From: Vagococcus salmoninarum
GTDB taxonomy: Bacteria; Bacillota; Bacilli; Lactobacillales; Vagococcaceae
Direction of reading: 5' to 3'
Length of the DNA stretch: 24,000 bases
NCBI RefSeq assembly: GCF_003987495.1
Contig: NZ_NGJU01000009.1
Span: 38,600 to 62,599, forward strand
The notes beneath the pieces are model-generated. The model had not been told where the DNA came from. It did no database searches and was given only the letters and a program-made list of their open reading frames with translations. The position numbers and the translations under genes are program-made. Below, in pieces: positions 16,520-23,845 of the stretch; position 1 is the first letter of the stretch; each line of letters opens with the position of its first letter.

Positions 16520-16548
16520 ATTATAATTAGATAGTTGTCAAAATGCAA
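16520..16548 (-). promoter_or_regulatory. Candidate sigma-A promoter of the yhfU-T-php-S-Z-Y-X-W operon (TTGCAT-17 nt-TATAAT)
   Basis: Read on the minus strand. The perfect TATAAT is the complement of 16520-16525 and TTGCAT is the complement of 16543-16548, with exactly 17 nt between them. Gives a ~60-nt leader to the ATG at 16452. Confidence 0.55.
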
Positions 16549-16661
16549 GCCTTTTCTTTTGATTATTAAATAAATACTTATTTAACTAATAATTACACTA
16601 TTTATTTCACTATTATTAAATATCCGATAATTAAACTATTCTCACCTTTACTAATAGAACA

Positions 16662-16691
16662 TAAAAAAACAGGCAGACACTGCCTGTTTTT
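16662..16691. terminator. Rho-independent terminator after the coiled-coil gene; insulates the yhf-type operon
   Basis: ACAGGCAG-ACA-CTGCCTGT (16669-16687), flanked by A7 and T4. On the minus strand the stem is followed by T7. Confidence 0.8.
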
Positions 16692-16715
16692 AAAATTTCT
16701 TTTGCTGGCTTCCCT

Positions 16716-17117
16716 TTAACTTAACAAGCCTGACTCTTTTAATATTTTTCGAGCTTCATGTAAGGCTTTCTTTTGCTCTAAGAAGCTGGCTACTTTATTC
16801 GTTGATTCAGCCATTTTAGTGACTGTTTCTTCTAGTTTAACAAAGTCGTTATCAATTTTTTGAGCAAGCTCTAGTTCTGACTCTGTTTCATAAATCACAT
16901 CGTCAATCGCCTTATCAATCGCTTTTCCTTCTAATTTCTCAACTTTTTTAGCCTTTCTAACAATCACATGAATATTGTGAATGGCTTTCTCTTGCTCGTA
17001 AAATTCTTTGACTTTACTATCGGTTTCTGTCATCTTTTCAAGATTGACGGCTAAACTTTCTAACTCATTATTAATTTTGTTTAATAGTCTAACTTCTTTA
17101 TTCGTTAATTCTGACAT
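16716..17117 (-). CDS. Hypothetical coiled-coil protein with an internal ~45-aa duplication
   Basis: 133 aa, Glu/Lys-rich and helical. The two halves align: NKINNELESLAVNLEKMTETDSKVKEFYEQEKAIHNIHVIVRK versus QKIDNDFVKLEETVTKMAESTNKVASFLEQKKALHEARKILKE. No family recognised. Confidence 0.6.
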   Translation of the reverse strand: MSELTNKEVRLLNKINNELESLAVNLEKMTETDSKVKEFYEQEKAIHNIHVIVRKAKKVEKLEGKAIDKAIDDVIYETESELELAQKIDNDFVKLEETVTKMAESTNKVASFLEQKKALHEARKILKESGLLS

Positions 17118-17163
17118 GATTGATTCCTTCTTTCTTATTTTAATTCAGCGTCACCACTTATGA

Positions 17164-17687
17164 CTAGCTGAAAGCTTCCACGATATAAAAAATACCAATC
17201 CACATTAAGTAAAATCCAACTAAAAAGCTTAAAGTTAGCGCTGAAGTAATCGGATCAAAAAGTAAGGAAATACTAATCAAAATACCTACTATACTTAAAA
17301 TTAACTGTAACCAATAATTGGCAGTACTTAGAGATTTCGCTTGTTCTAAAGAGAACAAACCGCCAATTGAATCGACTAAAAACCAAGTAGCAAAAACAAA
17401 GGGCAGCGCCATAATACTCGTAGTTAGATTAAATAGTAACAAGAATCCGAGGATAATATCAAAGACCCCAATAATCAGTAAACTCGTTCCTGGCATGCCG
17501 GTTTTTTTTTTACTTTATTTCTAAAAAAGACATCAAATCCCCCTTTGACAATCGCAAGCATCCCAAAGAATACTGTAATCCCCGCTAAATTGCCAACGGG
17601 ATTTCTAAAAGAAATGAGGGCAGTTAAGATAAACAACACGCCGACAATTAAATTTCCCCATTTAAAACTACTTTTACTGTGAGTCAT
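17164..17687 (-). pseudogene. HdeD/DUF308-family membrane protein split by a frameshift in an A10 tract
   Basis: Two overlapping ORFs (17475-17687 and 17164-17496) together form one ~174-aa protein with DUF308-type TM repeats. The frames join at the coding-strand A10 run (17502-17511). A11 would read ...NKVKKKTGMPGTSLL... Confidence 0.8.
17502..17511. repeat. Homopolymer T10 (A10 on the coding strand) at the HdeD frameshift
   Basis: Counted directly: g(17501), t x10 (17502-17511), a(17512). Confidence 0.95.
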
Positions 17688-17707
17688 GATTAAGACCTTC
17701 TCTCTTT

Positions 17708-18856
17708 TTATTTTAAATAGTTTTTAGCAATTTCTTGGTACGTCTCACTCATATCTAAATAATTACTAATTAAAACATATTCATTAATTTGATGTGGCAA
17801 GGTCGGTTCCCCAGGTCCAAAAACAACAAAGTCAAAGGCTTGTTTTCCTTTGATAAACTCAGCTGCATCCGTCGTACCAGCAACACCAAGTAAAGGCATT
17901 TTTTGCCCCTGTTGTTTTTCGACAACTGACTGAATCACTTGAATTAATTTTGAATCTGCTGCTGATTTAACTGGTAACTTGTCATAATCAATCGTTAATT
18001 CTAATGTCGTTTCTGATTGTTGATTCAATCTCTTCACTAGTTCTGTTAAATCTTTAATAATTTTTTCGTTACTATAAGCTGGAATCGAACGAATGTTGCC
18101 TTGAACGGTCGCTTCCCCCGGAATGCTATTAACTTGGCTTCCACCTTCAATTACCGTTAAATTGTGTATCGTTTGACCTAAGACCTCATCACTGTATGAC
18201 TGACTTATCTCAGCCATTTTCTGATTGATTTCCGTCATAAATGGCAATAAGTGATCGATCGCGTTAATTCCTAAATCCGGCATTGAGCTGTGGGCTTCTT
18301 TACCAATCGACCTTACTCGGTAATTAATTGACCCCATATGTGTGTAGACTAAATTATAATTACTCGGTTCACCGACAATTAAGCCTGCCAAATCGTCAAT
18401 ATAACCTGCTTTTGTTAATTGTTCTGAACCTAACTCGCCGATTTCTTCACCAACTGTTGCTAATAAGCGCAACGTGCCATTGAAAGGTAAGCCACTTTCT
18501 TTTAATTCAATCATCCCGATAACCATTGCCATTAGACCACTTTTCATATCAGTCGCTCCACGGCCATAAAGACGATCCCCTTCGATTTCAGCTGCGAAAG
18601 GGGGATATTTCCATAAACTTAAATCCCCAGGCACGACCACATCCATATGACCAGTCAAGCCTAAGACTGGTCCATCACCATGGCTAATTTCAGCAACTAA
18701 ATTACTCCGTTCCGGACCATAGGAAATTAATTTTGAGTCTATCCCGTATTCTGCTAATAAGTTTTGAATGTATTCAGCTACCCGCTTTTCTTTACCATTA
18801 ACTGATTCTATTTTGATAACGTCTTGTAAGATTTTAATTTTTTTATCTTTATCCAT
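17708..18856 (-). CDS. M20-family metallo-deacylase (ArgE/DapE/succinyl-diaminopimelate desuccinylase-like)
   Basis: Motifs LTGHMDVV, GRGATDMK, VGEEIGELGS and the dimerisation-domain layout are typical of M20A ArgE/DapE. I prefer the ATG at 18856 (GGAG 9 nt upstream). The TTG at 18865 directly abuts the GGAG. Confidence 0.85.
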   Translation of the reverse strand: MDKDKKIKILQDVIKIESVNGKEKRVAEYIQNLLAEYGIDSKLISYGPERSNLVAEISHGDGPVLGLTGHMDVVVPGDLSLWKYPPFAAEIEGDRLYGRGATDMKSGLMAMVIGMIELKESGLPFNGTLRLLATVGEEIGELGSEQLTKAGYIDDLAGLIVGEPSNYNLVYTHMGSINYRVRSIGKEAHSSMPDLGINAIDHLLPFMTEINQKMAEISQSYSDEVLGQTIHNLTVIEGGSQVNSIPGEATVQGNIRSIPAYSNEKIIKDLTELVKRLNQQSETTLELTIDYDKLPVKSAADSKLIQVIQSVVEKQQGQKMPLLGVAGTTDAAEFIKGKQAFDFVVFGPGEPTLPHQINEYVLISNYLDMSETYQEIAKNYLK

Positions 18857-18951
18857 CAAACTCAACTCCTAAGTTTTAATTTTCTTTACATTTATATAGT
18901 ACAACTTATTTAACCTGTGTATAATAGACAGAAAAGAGGAGGTGTTTTATT

Positions 18952-19551
18952 TTGGACACATCTTTGGAATTGTCTAATAACTTCCCTTATAAATTAGACA
19001 TGAAGCTTAATAATACTCATAAACACTTAATCAATGCTCTTTACCGTTTAGTTGAAAAATATCCCTTCGATACCTTGAGTGTTAAACAAATTTGTGATGA
19101 AGCTAGTGTTAGCCGTTCAAATTTTTATAATCATTTTGACGATAAATATCATTTACTACTTTTTTATCTAAATTTAATTTATCATAACTTACAAAATAAA
19201 ATTTCTTTTAATAATAATCGGCTAATCTTTGATGATTTTTTATTATACATTCAAGACCATGGCCTTTTTTTCAAATCCTTATTTTCATATGAAAACGGCA
19301 CGGAACTTAGTAAGTTACTTGAAAATGTAGTAACTGAAGACATTACTAGTTTTTTTAAAGATAGACATTCAAAAGATAACTTAGAAGATAATTTATTAAC
19401 ACAACTTCAAATTGTTTTTCTGACTGGCGCTTTAACTAACACGATACAATGGTGGGTCTGTCACGATTTTCCCGTTTCAATTGCTGAAATCAGCCAAGGA
19501 CTTGACGATCTGATTAAGCCTGATCTCTTAAATCCACCAAAAAAAGACTAA
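18952..19551 (+). CDS. TetR/AcrR-family transcriptional regulator
   Basis: 199 aa. N-terminal HTH (SVKQICDEASVSRSNFYNHFDDKYHLL). TTG start with GGAGG 9 nt upstream. TATAAT at 18920-18925. Confidence 0.85.
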   Translation: MDTSLELSNNFPYKLDMKLNNTHKHLINALYRLVEKYPFDTLSVKQICDEASVSRSNFYNHFDDKYHLLLFYLNLIYHNLQNKISFNNNRLIFDDFLLYIQDHGLFFKSLFSYENGTELSKLLENVVTEDITSFFKDRHSKDNLEDNLLTQLQIVFLTGALTNTIQWWVCHDFPVSIAEISQGLDDLIKPDLLNPPKKD

Positions 19552-19583
19552 CCTAGCAGCTAAAACTGCTAGGTTAGTCTTTT
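19541..19583. terminator. Bidirectional rho-independent terminator between the convergent tetR-family and ABC genes
   Basis: Perfect 15-bp stem: AGACTAACCTAGCAG (19545-19559) pairs with CTGCTAGGTTAGTCT (19566-19580), with a 6-nt loop. Flanked by A5 and T4. The stem includes the TetR stop codon. Confidence 0.85.
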
Positions 19584-19606
19584 AATTATCTTAGACTGTT
19601 GCTGAT

Positions 19607-21448
19607 TTACTCAGCAACTTCTTCAAATTGTGAATTATAAAGTGAGGCATAATAACCACCTGCCGCTAATAATTCATCATGGGTTCCTTGCTCTTTAATG
19701 TCCCCATCTTGCATATAAAGAATCTTATCAGCATCTTTAATTGTTGATAGACGGTGAGCAATGACAAATGACGTCCGTCCTGACATCAAGTTATTCATGG
19801 CCTCTTGAATCAAGCCTTCTGTCCGCGTATCAACAGAAGAAGTTGCTTCATCAAGAATTAAAATTGGTTTCTCAGCTAAGATTGCCCGGGCAATCGTCAA
19901 CAATTGCTTTTGCCCTTGGGAAATATTCGAAGATTCCTCATTTAGTTCCATATTATAGCCACCAGGTAAGGTTTGGATAAATTGGTGAACGTGAGCGGCT
20001 TTAGCAGCTTCGTAAACTTCTTCATCCGTTGCTTCTAGACGACCATAACGTAAGTTCTCCATGATCGTTCCTTTGAATAACCAAGTATCTTGTAAGACCA
20101 TCCCGATGTTTTTCCGTAAGTCACCGCGATTAAAGTCTTTAATATTATGGCCTTCAATTTTGATAGCGCCACTATTAACATCGTAGAAACGCATTAAAAG
20201 TTTAACCATCGTTGTTTTACCAGCGCCAGTTGGTCCCACAATCGCCACCATTTGACCTGGCTCAACGTGTGAGCTAAAGTCATTAATAATGTTACGATCT
20301 GCCGTATAACCAAAGTTAACATGTTCAAAATCAACCATACCTTCAACGTGATCCAATATGACTGGATTTTCAGCAAACTGAGCTTCTTCTTCTTCACCTA
20401 AGAATTCAAAGACTCGTTCCGCTGCCGCTGCCATTGATTGTAACATGTTAGACACTTGGGCTAATTGAGCAATCGGTTGGGTTAAGTTTCTAACGTATTG
20501 AATAAAGGCTTGGATATCACCGACGGTAATCGCGCCACTGTATGCCATCATTCCCCCGAAAATCGCGACTGCCACGTAACCTAAGTTACCGACAAAGTTC
20601 ATGATTGGTTGCATTAAACCAGATAGAAATTGTGATTTCCAAGCTGATTTAAATAAAATATCATTTTGTTCTTTAAATTCTTTTAAAGCATTTTCTTCTT
20701 CGTTAAAGAGACGAACGATGTTATAACCACCGATTGTTTCTTCAACTTTCCCATTAATTACCCCAAGATATTCTTGTTGGGTTTTAAAGTATTTTTGTGA
20801 GTTTTTCACGACGATCATAATTAAAATTAATGAAATTGGCACAATTAAGACGGCAATCCCGGTCATTTTAACTGAGATTGATAACATCATAATAATGACA
20901 CCAATAATCGTGAAAGTTGACGTAATCAATTGGGTAATTGATTGGTTCAAGGATTGACCAAGTGTATCCACATCGTTCGTTATCCGTGATAAGACTTCAC
21001 CTGTTGTCCGACTTTCAAAATAATTCATCGGCATCCGATTAATTTTCTCAGAGATTTCTTTCCGCATTCGGTAAGTGATTTTTTGAGAAATCGTCGACAT
21101 GATCCAACCTTGGAAAATTCCAAAGAGGGCTGCCACAACATACAAGCCTAGCATGAAGAGCAAGATGCCACCAATTTTCGTGAAATCAATGCCGCCTGTT
21201 CCTTGATATTTTTTAATTAAGCCATTAAATAATTCAGTAATGGCTGATGATAAAATTTTCGGTCCCCAGATATTAAAAACCGTCGATGCAATTGCAAAGA
21301 TGACTACTAGGATCATTGGAAGTTTGTAGCTACCAATATAGGCTGCTAGTTTCTTAATTGTTCCTTTGAAATCTTTGGCTTTTTCGACTTTCGCCATCGG
21401 TCCATGTCCACCGCCGCCACGAGGGCGATTTTGATTTTTTTCTGTCAT
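19607..21448 (-). CDS. Heterodimeric ABC exporter half-transporter (TMD-NBD), consensus-site subunit (LmrD/BmrD/TM288-like)
   Basis: 613 aa with a Gly-rich N-terminal tail. Walker A GPTGAGKTT, Walker B ILILDEATSSVD (catalytic Glu present), H-loop AHRLST. The signature is non-canonical: SQGQKQ. Confidence 0.9.
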   Translation of the reverse strand: MTEKNQNRPRGGGGHGPMAKVEKAKDFKGTIKKLAAYIGSYKLPMILVVIFAIASTVFNIWGPKILSSAITELFNGLIKKYQGTGGIDFTKIGGILLFMLGLYVVAALFGIFQGWIMSTISQKITYRMRKEISEKINRMPMNYFESRTTGEVLSRITNDVDTLGQSLNQSITQLITSTFTIIGVIIMMLSISVKMTGIAVLIVPISLILIMIVVKNSQKYFKTQQEYLGVINGKVEETIGGYNIVRLFNEEENALKEFKEQNDILFKSAWKSQFLSGLMQPIMNFVGNLGYVAVAIFGGMMAYSGAITVGDIQAFIQYVRNLTQPIAQLAQVSNMLQSMAAAAERVFEFLGEEEEAQFAENPVILDHVEGMVDFEHVNFGYTADRNIINDFSSHVEPGQMVAIVGPTGAGKTTMVKLLMRFYDVNSGAIKIEGHNIKDFNRGDLRKNIGMVLQDTWLFKGTIMENLRYGRLEATDEEVYEAAKAAHVHQFIQTLPGGYNMELNEESSNISQGQKQLLTIARAILAEKPILILDEATSSVDTRTEGLIQEAMNNLMSGRTSFVIAHRLSTIKDADKILYMQDGDIKEQGTHDELLAAGGYYASLYNSQFEEVAE

Positions 21449-21463
21449 TATATTCGCTCCTCC

Positions 21464-23845
21464 TTACTCAGCTTCTTCAATGCCTAATTCAGCGTTACTT
21501 AACTGTGATTGGGCAATTTCTTGATAGACTGTCGATGTTTCCATTAATTCTTCATGTTTCCCTTGAGCGACAATTTTACCTTGATCTAAAACGATAATAT
21601 TGTCTGCATGTAAAATCGTTGAAATCTTTTGGGCCACAATAATTTGCGTGGCGTGATTGACTGTTTCTGATAAAGCTTTTCGTAAAGCCACATCCGTCTT
21701 ATTATCTAAGGCTGAAAACGAGTCATCAAAAATCAAGATTTTAGGATCTTTAGCTAAAGCGCGAGCAATTGATAAACGTTGCTTTTGACCGCCTGAAACG
21801 TTCGTTCCACCTTGGGATATTTCCCGGTCATAGCCTTTTTCATCAGAATTAATAAATTCTTCCGCTTGAGCTATTTTAGCCGCATGTTTCATTTGTTCTT
21901 CAGAAATTACCGCATCACCAAATGTGATGTTTGAAGCGATATCGCCTGAGAATAACACGCCTTTTTGTGGCACGAAACCAATCAGTTCATGTAATTTATG
22001 TAATTTTAATTGTCTAACATCGATGCCGTCGATAGTAACTTGACCTTCTGTCACATCGAAGAGACGAGGAATCATATTAACAATCGTCGTTTTACCAGAA
22101 CCGGTTGAACCGATAATCGCTGTCGTTTCTCCTGGTTTAGCTACAAAGTTAATATCATGTAAGACATTTTCGTCGGCATCTCCATAACGGAAATTAACAC
22201 CAGAAAACTTAACTTCACCTTGGAAGTCAGCTTTATCTTGTGGATTACTTGGATCAGTAATCGTTGGTTCTGTTTCTAAAACTTCTTCTACCCGACCAGC
22301 AGCCACATTCGCTCTTGGTAAGATGATTGAAACCATTGATAACATCATAAATGACATTACAATTTGCATGGTATAAGTAATGAAGGCCATCATGTCACCG
22401 ACTTGAAGTTGCCCCATATCCATATTATGACCACCAACCCAAACGATTAGCACGGAAATACCGTTCATCATTAACATCATCATTGGCATCATAATCGACA
22501 TTGCTCGGTTAACAAATAACTGAGTCTTCATCAAATCAGTATTGGCACCATCAAAGCGTTTTTCTTCATGTTTTTCCCGAGAAAAAGCACGAATAACTGG
22601 TAAACCAGTAATAATTTCCCGAGAGACTAAGTTGACTCTATCAACTAAATTTTGTAATGCTTTAAATTTTGGCATTGTGAAAATTAAAAGCGTGCCGACT
22701 AACAGCATAACTGCTGAAACAGCGATTCCTAAAATCCAGCCCATGCCTGTGCCTGTTTTATAAACTTCATAAATCCCACCAATCCCTAAAATCGGTGCAT
22801 ACAAGACAATTCGCATAATCATCACGATTGCCATTTGCATTTGTTGAATATCATTCGTATTCCGGGTAATTAATGAGGCTGGTGAAAATTTATCCATCTC
22901 TGTGTTAGAGAATTGTAACGTTTTTTCGTACTGACCGACCCGTAAATTACGACCGACAGCGGCTGCGACTAATGATGCAATCAAGCCGACGATAATCGCT
23001 GTAACGGCTGCGACTAAAGTTAAACCTAACATTTTACTTCCGGTTTTCAGCATGTAATCTGTTTGAATTTTTTGAATATCCATGTCTAAAGCTTTGTATT
23101 CAGCTAAAGTTAATTGGATTCCCACGGTTTTCATTGAATCTGTTCCTAAATCCCCTAAGCCCTCGATTGTTGCTTCACGGGCTGCTTTAACTTTAGCAGG
23201 TAAGGCTGCCATTTTAGTATCAAGTTCAGCAGCAATTTTTTGCGCTTCCGCCCCTTTTTCTTGGGCTTCTTTAGCTAAAGCTTGAGCCACAGAGGCTTTT
23301 TCAGCGGCTTCCGTTGGATCAGTGGCAGCCATTGCTTCGGCACTAGCAGCTTTGGCTTGTTCGCCTAAGCTAGCCGCATTTGCACCAAGCTCTTGGGCTT
23401 TTTCGCCCTCTTGGCTAAAACTTGCAACTTCATCCATGATGACTTTCGCTTCACTGCCATTAGCCGACTCTTTAGATTGTGATGAAGCTAACATCATCAT
23501 TGGTAAATCAAAAATCTTGGCTAACTTAGCTTCAGTCATGCCATCTTTTAATTTCAATTGATAAACCTCAACTTTTTCACCGTCAATTGTCATTGTCTTC
23601 AATTGATAGTTTTCAGCAATTGTTGCTTTTTCCTCTTCAGTCATGAAGAGCTCAATCCCTTGCAGGGTTGTTTGTCTTATTTTAGTCGGAGTGGAATATT
23701 CCAGACCTCCTTGTTGAATACCTACGTCAACGATATCTGAAGTTAAGCCTGGCAAGCTTAACTCACTACGAGCTTGTACGAATAATAGTCCAAGAACGAC
23801 GATGACGGCGTACCAGTATTTGCCAAGATGTTTAAAAATCTTCAC
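21464..23845 (-). CDS. Heterodimeric ABC exporter half-transporter, degenerate-site subunit (LmrC/BmrC/TM287-like), with a large extracellular-loop insertion
   Basis: 793 aa with a GTG start. Walker A GSTGSGKTT, canonical signature SGGQKQ. Walker B is ILIFDDSFSALD (Asp replaces the catalytic Glu) and the H-loop is AQKIST (Gln replaces His). About 215 extra residues lie between TM1 and TM2. Confidence 0.9.
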   Translation of the reverse strand: MKIFKHLGKYWYAVIVVLGLLFVQARSELSLPGLTSDIVDVGIQQGGLEYSTPTKIRQTTLQGIELFMTEEEKATIAENYQLKTMTIDGEKVEVYQLKLKDGMTEAKLAKIFDLPMMMLASSQSKESANGSEAKVIMDEVASFSQEGEKAQELGANAASLGEQAKAASAEAMAATDPTEAAEKASVAQALAKEAQEKGAEAQKIAAELDTKMAALPAKVKAAREATIEGLGDLGTDSMKTVGIQLTLAEYKALDMDIQKIQTDYMLKTGSKMLGLTLVAAVTAIIVGLIASLVAAAVGRNLRVGQYEKTLQFSNTEMDKFSPASLITRNTNDIQQMQMAIVMIMRIVLYAPILGIGGIYEVYKTGTGMGWILGIAVSAVMLLVGTLLIFTMPKFKALQNLVDRVNLVSREIITGLPVIRAFSREKHEEKRFDGANTDLMKTQLFVNRAMSIMMPMMMLMMNGISVLIVWVGGHNMDMGQLQVGDMMAFITYTMQIVMSFMMLSMVSIILPRANVAAGRVEEVLETEPTITDPSNPQDKADFQGEVKFSGVNFRYGDADENVLHDINFVAKPGETTAIIGSTGSGKTTIVNMIPRLFDVTEGQVTIDGIDVRQLKLHKLHELIGFVPQKGVLFSGDIASNITFGDAVISEEQMKHAAKIAQAEEFINSDEKGYDREISQGGTNVSGGQKQRLSIARALAKDPKILIFDDSFSALDNKTDVALRKALSETVNHATQIIVAQKISTILHADNIIVLDQGKIVAQGKHEELMETSTVYQEIAQSQLSNAELGIEEAE

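Noticed and set aside
16520-16542. A perfect TTGACA (minus strand, complement of 16537-16542) near the perfect TATAAT
   Set aside because: The spacing is only 10-11 nt, which is incompatible with a sigma-A promoter. The overlapping TTGCAT at exactly 17 nt is the more plausible -35.
18866-18951. Promoter and operator assignment in the divergent M20/TetR intergenic region
   Set aside because: TATAAT at 18920-18925 is plausible for the TetR gene. I found no acceptable -35 at 16-18 nt (the TG lies two bases upstream, not the extended -10 spacing) and no clear palindrome, so only the hexamer is mentioned.
19598-19618. Inverted repeat GTTGCTGA-TTTAC-TCAGCAAC spanning the stop codon of the 613-aa ABC gene
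   Set aside because: No T-run follows it. The perfect 15-bp terminator at 19545-19580 already explains termination. It is likely coincidental.
23082-23561. Two plus-strand ORFs (23082-23285 and 23322-23561) with Ala/Ser-rich products
   Set aside because: They are antisense to the Ala-rich (GCN codon) insertion of the 793-aa ABC protein. GCN-rich coding regions keep the opposite strand open. There is no independent support.
23113-23725. The VGIQ tetrapeptide occurs on both sides of the ABC insertion (residues 41-44 and 241-244), considered as a duplication scar
   Set aside because: Codons differ (GTA GGT ATT CAA versus GTG GGA ATC CAA) and the flanking sequence is unrelated. A four-residue match is not evidence of a recent duplication.
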